This document shows, one piece after another, positions 1 through 14,335 of a stretch of 64,000 nt of DNA (the stretch's first letter is position 1; every line of letters starts with the position of its first letter). The position numbers were made by a program, and so were the translations under genes. The notes below the pieces were generated by a model. The model was not told the DNA's origin. It made no database searches and saw nothing but the letters and a program-made list of their open reading frames with translations. The stretch is taken from the NCBI GenBank assembly GCA_950097015.1, contig CATNEN010000038.1, forward strand, positions 30,628,001 through 30,692,000. Direction: 5' to 3'. The stretch is from Macrostomum hystrix (Eukaryota; Animalia; Platyhelminthes).

Positions 1-127
1 GAATTGGGAGGAGAAGTAGATGTAGAATTGGGAGGAGAAGTAGAGGTAGAATTGGGAGGAGAAGTAGAGGTAGAATTGGGAGGAGAAGTAGAGGTAGAAT
101 TGGGAGGAGAAGTAGAGGTAGAATTGG
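1..127. repeat. 24-bp minisatellite GAATTGGGAGGAGAAGTAGAGGTA
   Basis: ~5 tandem copies, truncated by window edge. Confidence 0.9.
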
Positions 128-739
128 TCAAAAGAAAGGTTATAAACTGGAAGAATAAATATGAGATGTCTGAAGCGAATGATTTGGAATTTGTGTTCAT
201 CAGCTAGCAAGCCAGTATCCCAATTTAAAACTTCCCTCAGGGGATTTTTCATCTTGCCCAGATACCAAAAAAGCATGGAACATTCTGCAGGTTAATCTCA
301 GCATCTATCCGTGCCTTATTTCCTCCCACGCCTGTATCTGGCTGGTTGGGAAGGTATTTTCATTAATATCGCCTCTCTCGACTGCACCCCCATTGAAGGT
401 TGCCAAAAATATGCTGGTGCCAGCATGGGATTTGAAATGATCGTCTCGACTACCTAGAGCTCAGCGTGGACTGGATAAGATAATTGTTTGCCATCAAGTG
501 CTCAATGGAGGAACTAATGCCTATTTAATTCGCAGGAATCGCATAAATAATTATTTATTGTTTATTATTTTTACACACTGCAAGATATTGATACAACTGC
601 TTTTCGAAAAACAATGTGGCAATTTTTATGTAAGAAAATATGAACTCAATCCTCCCCATTTTAAATATCAATCTTTTCCCGTCTTTCTCTACAATTACCA
701 ACATTTTTCACCTATCTATTCCACAAGTTTTTCTTCACC

Positions 740-1970
740 AATCTTTCTCGCCTCCCTTTCCCAATATTTCTTCCCTCCCTTTCCCAATCTTTCTCCCCTC
801 CCTTTCCCAATCTTTCTTCCCTCCCTTTCCCAATCTTTCTCCCCTCCCTTTCCCAATATTTCTTCCCTCCCTTTCCCAATCTTTCTCCCCTCCCTTTCCC
901 AATCTTTCTCCCCTCCCTTTCCCAATCTTTCTCCCCTCTCTTCCCCAATCTTTCTCCTCTCTCTTCCTCAATCATTCTCCCCTCTCTTCCCCAATCTTTC
1001 TTCCCTCTCTTCCTCAATCATTCTCCCCTCTCTTCCCCAATCTTTCTCCCCTCTCTTCCCCAATCTTTCTGCCCTCTCTTCCACAATATTTCTCCCTCTC
1101 TTCCCCAATCTTTCTCCCTTCTCTTTCCCAATCTTTCTCCCCTCTCTTTCCCAATATTTCTCCCTTCTCTTCCCCAATCTTTCTCCCCTCCCTTTCCCAA
1201 TCTTTTTCCCCTCTCTTCCTCAATATATCTCCCTCTCTTCCCCAATCTTTCTCCCCTCTCTTCCCCAATCTTTCTCCCCTCTCTTCCTCAATATTTCTCC
1301 CTCTCTTCCCCAATCTTTCTCCCTCTCTTTCCCAATCTTTCTCCCCTCTCTTCCCTAATCTTTCTCCCCTCTCTTCCCCAATCTTTATCCCCTCTCTTCC
1401 CCAATCTTTCTCCCCTCTCTTCCCCAATCTTTCTCCCCTCTCTTCCTCAATATATCTCCCTCTCTTCCCCAATCTTTCTCCCCTCTCTTCCTCAATCTTT
1501 CTCCCCTCTCTTCCCCAATCTTTCTCCCCTCTCTTCCTCAATATTTCTCCCTCTCTTCCCCAGTCTTTCTCCCCTCTCTTCCCCAATCTTTCTCCCCTCT
1601 CTTCCCCAATCTTTCTCCCCTCTCTTCCTCAATCTTTCTCCCTCTCTTCCCCAATATTTCTCCCCTCTCTTCCTCAATATATCTCCCTCTCTTCCCCAAT
1701 CTTTCTCCCCTCTCTTCCTCAATCTTTCTCCCCTCTCTTCCCCAATCTTTCTCCCCTCTCTTCCTCAATATTTCTCCCTCTCTTCCCCAGTCTTTCTCCC
1801 CTCTCTTCCCTAATCTTTCTCCCCTCTCTTCCTCAATATATCTCCCTCTCTTCCCCAGTCTTTCTCCCCTCTCTTCCCCAATCTTTCTCCCCTCTCTTCC
1901 CCAATCTTTCTCCCCTCTCTTCCTCAATCTTTCTCCCTCTCTTCCCCAATATTTCTCCCTTCTCTTTCCC
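740..1970. repeat. ~23-bp pyrimidine-rich minisatellite CAATCTTTCTCCCCTCTCTTCCC
   Basis: Tandem periodicity seen directly. Confidence 0.92.
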
Positions 1971-1985
1971 AGCGTTTCCACTCAC

Positions 1986-2342
1986 CCAGCACGCTGACAA
2001 TGGTGTCAGTATTGACGGACTTCAGTCCTTGCAGGCCCTGGCAACTGTAGCGGCCGCTGTGTCCCTGCCTGAGATTCGACACAGTCAGGCTGCCGTTGGG
2101 TGCGGCGGCGACGCTGGAATTCGCGAAGCTCGTCATGCTGACGTCAACATCGCTGCAGGTGCCCTTTTTGGGTTGACATCGAACCAGAATTCGCAGCGGC
2201 TGGCCTGCCTGGGCGAAGCTCCAGATTATATATTCGGGCGAGGGTTCGATTCCGCAGCTGACTGTCATGCGGGAGAACTCGCTGGCGACAATGCTCGGCG
2301 GCAGTTGCTGGGTGACTCGGAGCGGCTCAACGAACGCCACAG
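1986..2342 (-). CDS. Second Ig-superfamily gene, exon 2: Ig1 (V-like); gene continues beyond left edge
   Basis: tttgcag| ... G|gtgagt; 357 nt, phase 1-1; VSCGIEPSPEYIIW...RILVRC....GTC...NGSLTV...SGRYSCQG; aligns with exon 59492-59836. Confidence 0.85.
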
Positions 2343-2374
2343 CTGCAAATTTCAGGGTTATTCATGTGACATTT

Positions 2375-3024
2375 CACTCTGTCGGTGTCTTTGATGAGGT
2401 GTCACTCTGTCGGTGTCTTTGATGGGGTGTCACTCTGTCGGTGTCTTTGATGGGGTGTCACTCTGTCGGTGTCTTTGATGGGGTGTCAATCTCTCGGTGT
2501 CTTTGATGAGGTGTCACTCTGTTGGTGTCTTTGATGGGGTGTCACTCTGTTGGTGTCTTTGATGGGGTGTCACTCTATCGGTGTCTTTGATGGGGTGTCA
2601 CTCTGTCGGTGTCTTTGATGGGGTGTCACTCTGTCGGCGTCTTTGATGGGGTGTCACTCTGTTGGTGTCTTTGATGGGGTGTCACTCTATCGGTGTCTTT
2701 GATGGGGTGTCACTCTGTCGGTGTCTTTGATGGGGTGTCACTCTGTCGGCGTCTTTGATGGGGTGTCACTCAGTTGGTGTCTTTGATGGGGTGTCACTCT
2801 GTTGGTGTCTTTGATGGGGTGTCACTCTGTTGGTGTCTTTGATGGGGTGTCACTCTGTCGGCGTCTTTGATGGGGTGTCACTCTGTCGGTGTCTTTGATG
2901 GGGTGTCACTCTGTCGGTGTCTTTGATGGGGTGTCACTCTGTCGGTGTCTTTGATGGGGTGTCACTCTGTTGGTGTCTTTGATGGGGTGTCACTCTGTTG
3001 GTGTCTTTGATGAGGTGTCACTCT
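2375..3024. repeat. 28-bp minisatellite CACTCTGTCGGTGTCTTTGATGGGGTGT
   Basis: ~23 near-identical copies. Confidence 0.95.
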
Positions 3025-3479
3025 TTCCAGGAATTTGATCGGGTGTTGATGGTAAGTACATCTTTATGCTTGTTTCTCTTTGCTTTGCTGTTTATATTGG
3101 ATACGAGCGGAATAAAGCGCATACGGAATAAATACGAACTTCATCAAAGCACTCAACCTCTGTGTTATGTGATATATCTTGAGCACATATTGAGAACATT
3201 AAAGTTGTATAGCATTTAATAAACTGGTGGGCCTCTGTAGCTGAGAAATTTGAGACAATCAAACACACACACAAGCAGTGTAAGCACTCCATTGTTGAAA
3301 TTAAAGCACCTCGTTGAATAAACTGTGTGAGCTTTTAGGCCCTAAGAAGCTTGATGCCCAGCTCACACAGATGCTGCTGTGAAGTCACGAAACATTGCAT
3401 TTTACTAACATCTACGTACGTACGGTGGAGTCTTGTATTCACGCAAGTGTTTGTGATAAATGCCTTTTTCAGGCTTTTC

Positions 3480-5800
3480 TCCCCCATCTCATTCCAATCA
3501 CTTTTCCATCTCTATATCCCATCTCTATCCCATCTCACTCCAATCACTTTTCCATCTCTATATCCAATCTCTATCCCATCTCACTCCAATCACTTTTCCA
3601 TCTCTATATCCCATCTCTATCCCATCTCTATCCCATCTCTCTCCCGTCTCTCTCCCATTTCTCTCCATCTCTCTTACATCTCTCCCCCATCTTTCTCCCA
3701 TCTCTATCCCATTTCTATCCCATCACTATCCAATCTCTCTCCCATCTGTATGGGAGATGAGTCTCTCCAAGTATCTCCATCACTCTCCAATCTCTCTCCC
3801 ATCTCTCTCCCATCTCTCTCCCATCTCTCTCCCATCCCTCTCCCATCTCTTTCCCATCTCTCTCCCATCCCTCTCCCATCTCTCTCCCATCTCTATCCCA
3901 TCTCTCTCCCATCTCTCTCCCATCTCTATCCCATCTCTCTCCCATCTCTATCCTATCTCTCTCCCATCCCTCTCCCATCTCTCTCCCATCTCTATCCTAT
4001 CTCTCTCCCATCCCTCTCCCATCTCTCTCCCATCTCTATCCCATCTCTCTCCCATCTCTATCCTATCTCTCTCCCATCCCTCTCCCATCTCTCTCCCATC
4101 TCTCTCCCATCTCTCTCCCATCCCTCTCCCATCTCTCTCCCATCTCTATCCCATCTCTCTCCCATCTCTCTCCCATCTCTATCCCATCTCTCTCCCATCC
4201 CTCTCCCATCTCTCTCCCATCTCTATCCTATCTCTCTCCCATCCCTCTCCCATCTCTCTCCCATCTCTATCCCATCTCTCTCCCATCTCTATCCTATCTC
4301 TCTCCCATCCCTCTCCCATCCCTCTCCCATCTCTCTCCCATCTCTCTCCCATCCCTCTCCCATCCCTCTCCCATCTCTATCCCATCTCTATCCCATCTCT
4401 CTCCCATCTCTCTCCCATCTCTATCCTATCTCTCTCCCATCCCTCTCCCATCCCTCTCCCATCTCTATCCCATCTCTCTCCCATCTCTATCCTATCTCTC
4501 TCCCATCCCTCTCCCATCCCTCTCCCATCTCTCTCCCATCTCTCTCCCATCCCTCTCCCATCTCTCTCCCATCTCTATCCCATCTCTCTCCCATCTCTCT
4601 CCCATCTCTCTCCCATCTCTCTCCCATCTCTATCCTATCTCTCTCCCATCCCTCTCCCATCTCTCTCCCATCTCTATCCCATCCCTCTCCCATCTCTCTC
4701 CCATCACTATCCAATCTCTCTCCCATCTGTATGGGAGATGAGTCTCTCCAAGTATCTCCATCACTCTCCAATCTCTCCCCCCATCTCACTCCAATCACTT
4801 TTCCATCATTCTCCCATCTCTCTCCCATCTCTATCCTATCTCTCTCCCATCTCTATCCCATCTCTCTACCATCTCTCTCCCATCTCTATCCCATCTCTCT
4901 CCCATCCCTCTCCCATCTCTCTCCCATCTCTATCCTATCTCTCTCCCATCCCTCTCCCATCTCTCTTCCATCTCTCTCCTATCTCCCCCATCCCTCTCCC
5001 ATCTCTCTCCTATCTCTCTCCCATCTCTATCCCATCTCTCTCCTATCTCTCTCGCATCTCTATCCCATCTCTCTCCCATCTCTCTCCCATATCTCTCCCA
5101 TCTCTCTCCCATCTCTATCCTATCTCTCTCCCATCCCTCTCCCATCTCTCTCCCATCTCTATCCCATCTCTCTCCCATCTCTATCCTATCTCTCTCCCAT
5201 CCCTCTCCCATCCCTCTCACATCTCTCTCCCATCTCTCTCCCATCCCTCTCCCATCTCTCTCCCATCTCTATCCCATCTCTCTCCCATCTCTCTCCCATC
5301 TCTATCCCATCTCTATCCTATCTCTCTACCATCCCTCTCCCATCTCTCTCCCATCTCTCTCCCATCTCTCTCCCATCTCTATCCCATCTCTCTCCCATCT
5401 CTCTCCCATCACTATCCAATCTCTCTCCCATCTGTATGGGAGATGAGTCTCTCCAAGTATCTCCATCACTCTCCAATCTCTCCCCCCATCTCACTCCAAT
5501 CACTTTTCCATCATTCTCCCATCTCTCTCCCATCTCTATCCTATCTCTCTCCCATCTCTATCCCATCTCTCTACCATCTCTCTCCCATCTCTATCCCATC
5601 TCTCTCCCATCTCTATCCTATCTCTCTCCCATCCCTCTCCCATCTCTCTCCCATCTCTCTCCCATCTATCTCCCATCTCTATCCCATCTCTCTCCCATCT
5701 CGTTCCCATCTGTATGGGAGATGAGTCCCTCCAAGTATCTCCATCACTCTCCAATCTCTCTCCCATCTCTATCCCATTTCAATCCCATTTCTATCCCATC
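3480..5800. repeat. 11-bp CCCATCTCTCT satellite with higher-order blocks
   Basis: Periodic; embedded TGTATGGGAGATGAGTC block recurs four times (~3747, 4728, 5433, 5711). Confidence 0.9.
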
Positions 5801-6296
5801 TCTCTCCTTTCTCTCTTCCTAATTCTCAATCCCATCTCTGTCTATTTGATACTTCATCATCAGCATTTCCTATTTAGCTGTCGTCATCCTCTTGTTTCTC
5901 AGTAAAAAAAATTCCCAAAGAAAAAAATGGCTTCCCTACCTGCTTTAATTTTGTCGGCAATGAGCTTTGATTACATCACAACCAGATGAGATCTAGTCTG
6001 CTCCTGTCTAAGTTCGCTTCTCTTTCTCGAAAGAACTGGTGATGTTCATGTTATTGGTCCCGCTACTTACCAGCAAACAATTCTTTCTCGACTTCTTTTT
6101 TGGTCCTTGAGGCGGTTTTTAGGGGCCTGAGAGTTGGCAGAAGCCTAATCACTGTTCACGAAGTACGGATTCTAGTGTTGGTTGCGCAATCGTATTGCTC
6201 ACACGACAAGATCGTTCGTGTGGAGACCTGGGGTCTGTTAACTTGTATGCCCCGTGGGCCAAATATATAATCCAAGTGACATTGTCGGTTTGGTTG

Positions 6297-6830
6297 ACAG
6301 GGAAGAGATGAGACAGGGGAGAGATGAGACACGAGAGAGATGAGACACGAGAGAGATGAGACAGGGGAGAGATGAGACAGGGGAGAGATGAGACAGGGGA
6401 GAGATGAGAAGGAGAGAGATCAGACACGAGAGAGATGAGACAGGGGAGAGATGAGACAGGGGAGAGATGAGAAGGGGAGAGATGAGACACGGGAGAGATT
6501 AGACACTAGAGAGATGAGACAGGGTGGAGATGAGACACGGGAGAGATGAGACACGGGAGAGATGAGAAGGGGAGAGATGAGACACGGGAGAGATGAGACA
6601 CGGGAGAGATGAGACAGGGGAGAGATGAGACACGGGAGAGATGATAAGGGGAGAGATGAGAAGGGGAGAGATGAGAAGGGGAGAGATGAGACACAGGAGA
6701 GATGAGACACGGGAGAGATGAGACAGGGGAGAGATGAGACAGAGGAGAGATGAGACAGGAGAGAGATGAGACACGGGAGAGATGAGAATTGGAGAGATGA
6801 GACAGTGGAGAGATAAGACGTGGGAGAGAC
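6297..6830. repeat. 16-bp family minisatellite, GAGACAGGGGAGAGAT orientation
   Basis: Tandem copies; reverse complement of the CTCATCTCTCCCCTGT arrays. Confidence 0.92.
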
Positions 6831-7357
6831 ATATTGCGTGAGTCTGTTGACCCCAGATGCAAACACAACCACTGAGAAACAAAGAGTGGATATTAGAAAA
6901 AAGTAAAGCTTTGAAATTGTATGCACATTTTTTTCTAGCCTGTAGACGATGAAATATATTCCCCACTATAGCTTCAGTGGGGTTAAGGGCTTGCCGTTTA
7001 ATCTCTTGTAGAAATTGTGTCAATATGCTCATGCTCCCTATGCTGACATAACCTCCTAGACGGATTTGGTGGCGGTTGTGGATATTGTGTCACACCTGGT
7101 ATTATAACACAGCCCTGGGGGCAATGTTAGTTCTTGCTCACACCTGAATGAGAGACAGCGACAGATTTCGGGTGACAAGACAATCTGACCAGGCAGCCTC
7201 GAAACTTTCTCTAATAATTGGATTCGGAAATCGAAGGTGTTGACAATGAGATTAGATTTTTATCGATTAATAATAGACAGGCGAGATTCGAATGATTAAT
7301 TAAAAACAACTAATTGAGCATATGCACTAATACTAGGGTCTCTCAATCTCTGATAAA

Positions 7358-8540
7358 CAGACACCCAGGACACCCCTTAAGCAGAGAGGCAGACACCCAG
7401 GACACCCCTTAAGCAGAGAGGCAGACACCCAGGACACCCCTTAAGCAGAGAGGCAGACACCCAGGACACCCCTTAAGCAGAGAAGCAGACACCCAGGACG
7501 CCCCTTAAGCAGAGAGGCAGACACCCAGGACACCCCTTAAGCAGAGAAGCAGACACCCAGGACACCCCTTAAGCAAAGAGGCAGACACCCAGGACACCCC
7601 TTAAGCAGAGAAGCAGACACCCAGGACACCCCTTAAGCAGAGAAGCAGACACCCAGGACACCCCTTAAGCAAAGAGGCAGACACCCAGGACGCCCCTTAA
7701 GCAAAGAGGCAGACACCCAGGACACCCCTTAAGCAGAGAGGCAGACACCCAGGACACCCCTTAAGCAGAGAGGCAGACACCCAGGACACCCCTTAAACAA
7801 AGAGGCAGACACCCAGGACACCCCTTAAGCAGAGAGGCAGACACCCAGGACACTCCTTAAGCAGAGAGGCAGACACCCAGGACACCCCTTAAGCAGAGAA
7901 GCAGACACCCAGGACACTCCTTAAGCAGAGAGGCAGACACCCAGGACACTCCTTAAGCAGAGAGGCAGACACCCAGGACACCCCTTAAGCAGAGAAGCAG
8001 ACACCCAGGACACTCCTTAAGCAGAGAGGCAGACACCCAGGACACTCCTTAAGCAGAGAGGCAGACACCCAGGACACCCCTTAAGCAGAGAAGCAGACAC
8101 CCAGGACACCCCTTAAGCAGAGAAGCAGACACCCAGGACACCCCTTAAGCAGAGAGGCAGACACCCAGGACACCCCTTAAGCAGAGAGGCAGACACCCAG
8201 GACACCCCTTAAGCAGAGAGGCAGACACCCAGGACACCCCTTAAGCATAGAGGCAGACACCCAGGACACCCCTTAAGCAGAGAGGCAGACACCCAGGACA
8301 CCCCTTAAGCAGAGAGGCAGACACCCAGGACACCCCTTAAGCAGAGAGGCAGACACCCAGGACACCCCTTAAGCAGAGAGGCAGACACCCAGGACACCCC
8401 TTAAGCAGAGAGGCAGACACCCAGGACACTCCTTAAGCAGAGAGGCAGACACCCAGGACAGCCCTTAAGCAGAGAGGCAGACACCCAGGACACTCCTTAA
8501 GCAGAGAGGCAGACACCCAGGACACCCCTTAAGCAGAGAG
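7358..8540. repeat. 32-bp minisatellite GCAGACACCCAGGACACCCCTTAAGCAGAGAG
   Basis: ~37 highly homogeneous copies, no spacers. Confidence 0.95.
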
Positions 8541-8989
8541 TAAGTGAGGAGAATCATTTATTTTATTATTTTAAAGAAATATAATCTACGGTAATATTGT
8601 GAGTAGACTGACTGATCTCATGCAGTCAGTAATTTACCGAAGACTAAACTAAATTCACACCGGTTTAGTAAATTGGGTTTCTGGCTCATTGATTTCTGAA
8701 ACATGGCGTTAGATTTTTCGGTAGAAAAAAGAAATAAACAAAGATAGGATTACTGTTCTATTATTTGCAAATAACAATCTTGAGGGAAACAGTCCGATAT
8801 AAAAGTGTTGACTCAAGTGGACATAGCAGCTGTCAGCAAAACTTAACTTCAGTCTGTAGGTAGGAGCTTCTCAAATAGGAGAATAGTCGTTAGTCTGTCA
8901 TTGTCATTTGCTGACTAATTGCTTGCCGTAATTGCACAGCCGGGCGAAAATTAGCAAACAAAGAGCTGCTTTGTAACGTGTTGGCGGGG

Positions 8990-10143
8990 TAGGGTGAGTA
9001 GGGTGAGAGATGGTAGAGTGAGTAGGGTGAGAGAAGGTAAAGTGAGTACGGTGAGAGATGGTAGAGTGAGTATGGTGAGAGATTGTAGGGTGAGTAGGGT
9101 GTTAGATGGTAGAGTGAGTAGGGTGAGAGAAGGTAAAGTGAGTACGGTGAGAGATGGTAGAGTGAGTATGGTGAGAGATTGTAGGGTGAGTAGGGTGTGA
9201 GATGGTAGAGTGAGTAGGGTGAGAGATGGTAGAGTGAGTATGGTGAGAGATGGTAGAGTGAGTATGGTGAGAGATTGTAGGGTGAGTAGGGTATGAGATG
9301 GTAGAGTGAGTAGGGTGAGAGATGGTAGGGTGAGAGATAGTAGAGTGAGTATGGTGAGAGATTGTAGGGTGAGTACGGTGTTAGATGGTAGAGTGAGTAG
9401 GGTGAGAGATGGTAGGGTGAGAGATGGTAGAGTGAGTATGGTGAGAGATTGTAGGGTGAGTAGGGTGTGAGATGGTAGAGTGAGTAGGGTGTGAGATGGT
9501 AGAGTGAGTAGGGTGAGAGATGGTAGGGTGAGTAGGGTGAGAGATGGTAGGGTGAGTAGGGTGTGAGATGGTAGAGTGAGTATGGTGAGAGATTGTAGGG
9601 CGAGTAGGGCAAGAGATGGTAGGGTGAGTAGGGTGAGAGATGGTAGGGTGAGTAGGGTGAGAGATGGTAGGGTGAGTAGGGTGAGAGATGGTAGGGTGAG
9701 TAGGGTGTGAGATGGTAGAGTGAGTATGGTGAGAGATTGTAGGGCGAGTAGGGCAAGAGATGGTAGGGTGAGTAGGGTGAGAGATGGTAGGGTGAGTAGG
9801 GTGAGAGATGGTAGGGTGAGTAGGGTGAGAGATGGTAGGGTGAGTAGGGTGAGAGATGGTAGGGTGAGAGATGGTAGGGTGAGAGATGGTAGGGTGAGTA
9901 GGGTGAGAGATGGTAGAGTGAGTATGGTGAGAGATTGTAGGGTGAGTACGGTGAGAGATGGTAGGGTGAGAGATGGTAGGGTGAGAGATGGTAGGGCGAG
10001 TAGGGCAAGAGATGGTAGGGTGAGTAGGGTGAGAGATTGTAGGGTGAGTAGGGTGAGAGATGGTAGGGTGAGTAGGGTGAGAGATGGTATGGTGAGAGAT
10101 TGTAGGGTGAGTAGGGTGTGAGATGGTAGAGTGAGTAGGGTGA
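8990..10143. repeat. Composite 9/15/24-bp G-rich minisatellite GGGTGAGTA-GGGTGAGAGATGGTA
   Basis: Tandem subunits seen directly. Confidence 0.92.
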
Positions 10144-10699
10144 CTATACAAATGATACAACTTTATCATACTGGTTGAAGATTCTATCAATCTACTAGAT
10201 ATACTATCAATATAAAATTGAGCGCAAATATAATATATATGATTTTCAATATCGTGACTCTAGTTAGTTAGGTAGTTAGGTATTAGAGGGAAGGAAAGCC
10301 CCTACATTATAATATTATTCATTAATAATTGAACAGCACATTTCGGCCTTCGTGAGTGTGTGATCCGGGTTAAACGTCATTCTTTTTAAAGCAATGAGGC
10401 GCTGGAGTTTTGCGTTTGTTGAGTGTTTGATGACGCACTTATATGACTTGCCTGCCTGCTGGTACTTGACTTTGACTGCAGAAGCAAAGTAACAAAGCAT
10501 ATTTTTGTCCACAAAAGATTCGGTAGTAACTATGGCAGATGCTGTTTATCAACTGCAAAAATAGCTTTGCTTATCAAAGTCAAGTAAGGAGCCAATTTTA
10601 TTGGCTAAACTGAAGTCTTTCTTTCAAAAAACTTTTTTACTAGCTTTTTCTAAGGTCCCAGCCTATTAAAACAATAGTCGGAAACGCACTTATCACTCA

Positions 10700-11785
10700 T
10701 CTCATCTCTCCCCTGTCTCATCGCTCCCTGTCTCATCTCTCCCCTGTCTCATCTCTCCCGTGTCTCATCTCTCCCGTGTCTCATCTCTCCCCTGTCTCAT
10801 CTCTCCCGTGTCTCATCTCTCCCGTGTCTCATCTCTCCCGTGTCTCATCTCTCCCCTGTCTCATCTCTCTCCTGTCTCATCTCTCCCCTGTCTTATCTCT
10901 CCCCTGTCTTATCTCTCCCCTGTCTTATCTCTCCCCTGTCTCATCTCTCCCGTGTCTTATCTCTCCCCTGTCTTATCTCTCCCCTGTCTCATCTCTCCCC
11001 TGTCTCATCTCTCCCCTGTCTCATCTCTCCCTGTCTCATCTCTCCCCTGTCTCATCTCTCCTCAGTTTCATCTCTCCCCTGTCTTATCTCTCCCCTGTCT
11101 TATCTCTCCCCTGTCTCATCTCTCCCCTGTCTCATCTCTCCCCTGTCTCATCTCTCTCTGTCTCATCTCTCCCCTGTCTTATCTCTCCCCTGTCTCATCT
11201 CTCCCCTGTCTTATCTCTCCCCTGTCTCATCTCTCCCCTGTCTCATCTCTCCTCAGTTTCATCTCTCCCCTGTCTCATCTCTCACCTGTCTCAACTCTAA
11301 TCTGTCTCGTCTCTCCCCTGTCTCATCTCTCCTCTATCTCGTCTCTCCCCTGTCTCATCTCTCCTCTGTTTCATCTCTCTTCTGTCTCATCTCTCCCGTT
11401 TCTCATCTCTTGCCTGTCTCATCTCTCCCGTGTCTCATCTCTCCCCATCTCATCTCTCCCCTGTCTTATCTCTCCCCTGTCTCATCTCTCACCTGTCTCT
11501 CCCCTGTCTCATCTCTCACCTGTCTCAACTCTAATCTGTCTCGTCTCTCCCCTGTCTCATCTCTCCTCTGTCTCGTCTCTCTTCTGTCTCATCTCTCCCG
11601 TTTCTCATCTCTTGCCTGTCTCATCTCTCTTCTGTCTCATCTCTCCCGTTTCTCATCTCTTGCCTGTCTCATCTCTCCCGTGTCTCATCTCTCCCCATCT
11701 CATCTCTCCCCTGTCTTATCTCTCACCTGTCTCATCTCTCCTCTGTCTCGTCTCTCCCCTGTCTCATCTCTCACCTGTCTCACCC
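10700..11785. repeat. 16-bp family minisatellite CTCATCTCTCCCCTGT
   Basis: Tandem copies. Confidence 0.92.
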
Positions 11786-11965
11786 CTTGTCGATCTAGCC
11801 CAGTCACGTCTGCTGGATTTCACTTTGCCTGTTTGAATCATAATTTCTCTGATTTTTCATGCACTAGACACAGGCGTACAAGTGGAACACTGGTTCTAGT
11901 TTCGATAGTAGCAGGAATAACAAATCGGCTTTCAGATAAGTTAGAAAAAAAAGCAAGAAACTCAC

Positions 11966-12023
11966 CAACAGCCGCGGTTAGCCAGCAGCAGCAGAAGCAG
12001 AAGCAGACAAGTTCCAGACGCAT
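11966..12023 (-). CDS. Second Ig-superfamily gene (probable echinoid-like paralog), exon 1: signal peptide
   Basis: ATG at 12023; MRLELVCFCFCCCWLTAAV-G|gtgagt; phase 1, joins exon 1986-2342 in frame. Confidence 0.75.
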
Positions 12024-12140
12024 TTCGCAAGAAGTTTTCGTTACTTCTGCTTCTTCTAAAAAAACGAATCGCAAAGAAGGTGAGCGATTGTGTCTGGAAC
12101 TTAACAGCACACGCATTTTTTTCTAATTTTACCGTTTGCT

Positions 12141-14335
12141 ACCTGCTAGACACACAATCTTAACCTGTTAGACACACAATCTCAACCTGTTAGACACACA
12201 ATCTCAACCTCTTAGACACACAATCTCAACCTGTTAGACACACAATCTCAACCTGTTAGACACACAATCTTAACCTGTTAGACACACAATCTTAACCTGT
12301 TAGACACACAATCTCAACCTGTTAGACACACAATCTCAACCTGTTAGACACACAATCTCAACCCGTTAGACAGACAATCTCAACCTGTTAGACACACAAT
12401 CTTAACCTGTTAGACACACAATCTCAACCTGTTAGACACACAATCTTAACCTGTTAGACACACAATCTCAAGCCGTTAGACACACAATCTCAACCTGTTA
12501 GACACACAATCTCAACCCGTTAGACACACAATCTTAACCTGTTAGACACACAATCCCAACCTGTTAGACACACAATCTCAACCTGTTAGACACACAATCT
12601 CAACCTGTTAGACACACAATCTCAACCTCTTAGACACACAATCTCAACCTGTTAGACACACAATCTCAACCTGTTAGACACACAATCTCAACCTGTTAGA
12701 CACACAATCTCAACCTGTTAGACACACAATCTCAACCTCTTAGACACACAATCTCAACCTGTTAGACACACAATCTCAACCTGTTAGACACACAATCTCA
12801 ACCTGTTAGACACACAATCTCAACCTCTTAGACACACAATCTCAACCTGTTAGACACACAATCTCAACCTGTTAGACACACAATCTTAACCTGTTAGACA
12901 CACAATCCCAACCTGTTAGACACACAATCTCAACCTGTTAGACACACAATCTTAACCTGTTAGACACACAATCTCAACCTGTTAGACGCACAATCCCAAC
13001 CTGTTAGACACACAATCTTAACCTGTTAGACACACAATCTTAACCTGTTAGACACACAATCTCAACCTGTTAGACACACAATCCCAACCTGTTAGACACA
13101 CAATCTCAACCTGTTAGACACACAATCTTAACCTGTTAGACACACAATCTCAACCTGTTAGACACACAATCTCAACCTGTTAGACACACAATCTTAACCT
13201 GTTAGACACACAATCCCAACCTGTTAGACACACAATCTCAACCTGTTAGACACACAATCTTAACCTGTTAGTCACACAATTTCAACCTGTTAGACACACA
13301 ATCTCAACCTGTTAGATACACAATCTCAACCTGTTAGGCACGCAATCTCAACCTGTTAGACACACAATCTCAACCTGTTAGACACGCAATCTCAAACTGT
13401 TAGACACACAATCTCAACCTGTTAGACACGCAATCTCAACCTGTTAGACACACAATCTTAACCTGTTAGACACACAATCTTAACCTGTTAGACACACAAT
13501 CTCAACCTGTTAGACACACAATCTCAACCTGTTAGTCACACAATCTCAACCTGTTAGACACACAATCTCAACCTGTTAGGCACGCAATCTCAACCTGTTA
13601 GACACACAATCTCAACCTGTTAGACACACAATCTCAACCTGTTAGACACACAATCTTAACCTGTTAGTCACACAATTTCAACCTGTTAGACACACAATCT
13701 CAACCTGTTAGATACACAATCTCAACCTGTTAGGCACGCAATCTCAACCTGTTAGACACACAATCTCAACCTGTTAGACACGCAATCTCAAACTGTTAGA
13801 CACACAATCTCAACCTGTTAGACACGCAATCTCAACCTGTTAGACACACAATCTCAACCTGTTAGGCACGCAATCTCAACCTGTTAGACACGCAATCTCA
13901 ACCTGTTAGACACACAATCTCAACCTGTTAAACACACAATCTCAACATATTAGACACACAATCTCAACCTGTTAGGCACGCAATCTCAACCTGTTAGACA
14001 CGCAATCTCAACCTGTTAGACACACAATCTCAACCTGTTAGACACACAATCTCAACCTGTTAGGCACGCAATCTCAACCTGTTAGACACGCAATCTCAAC
14101 CTGTTAGACACGCAATCTCAACCTGTTAGACACACAATCTCAACCTGTTAAACACACAATCTTAACATTTTAGACGCAAAATCAGAACCTGTTAAATATA
14201 CAATCTTAACTTGTTAGACACATAATTATAACCTGTTAGACACAAAATCGTAATCTGTTAGACACCAAAACAGAACCTGTTAGACATACTGTCTTAACCT
14301 GTTAGACATACTGTCTTAACCTGTTAGACATGTGT
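12141..14335. repeat. 22-bp minisatellite ACCTGTTAGACACACAATCTCA
   Basis: ~100 copies, degenerating at the right end; begins ~120 bp upstream of the gene-2 ATG. Confidence 0.95.

Noticed and set aside
7358-8540. 32-bp (and other 20-30 bp) direct-repeat arrays as CRISPR arrays
   Set aside because: Head-to-tail repeats with no unique spacers, no cas genes, eukaryotic intron context
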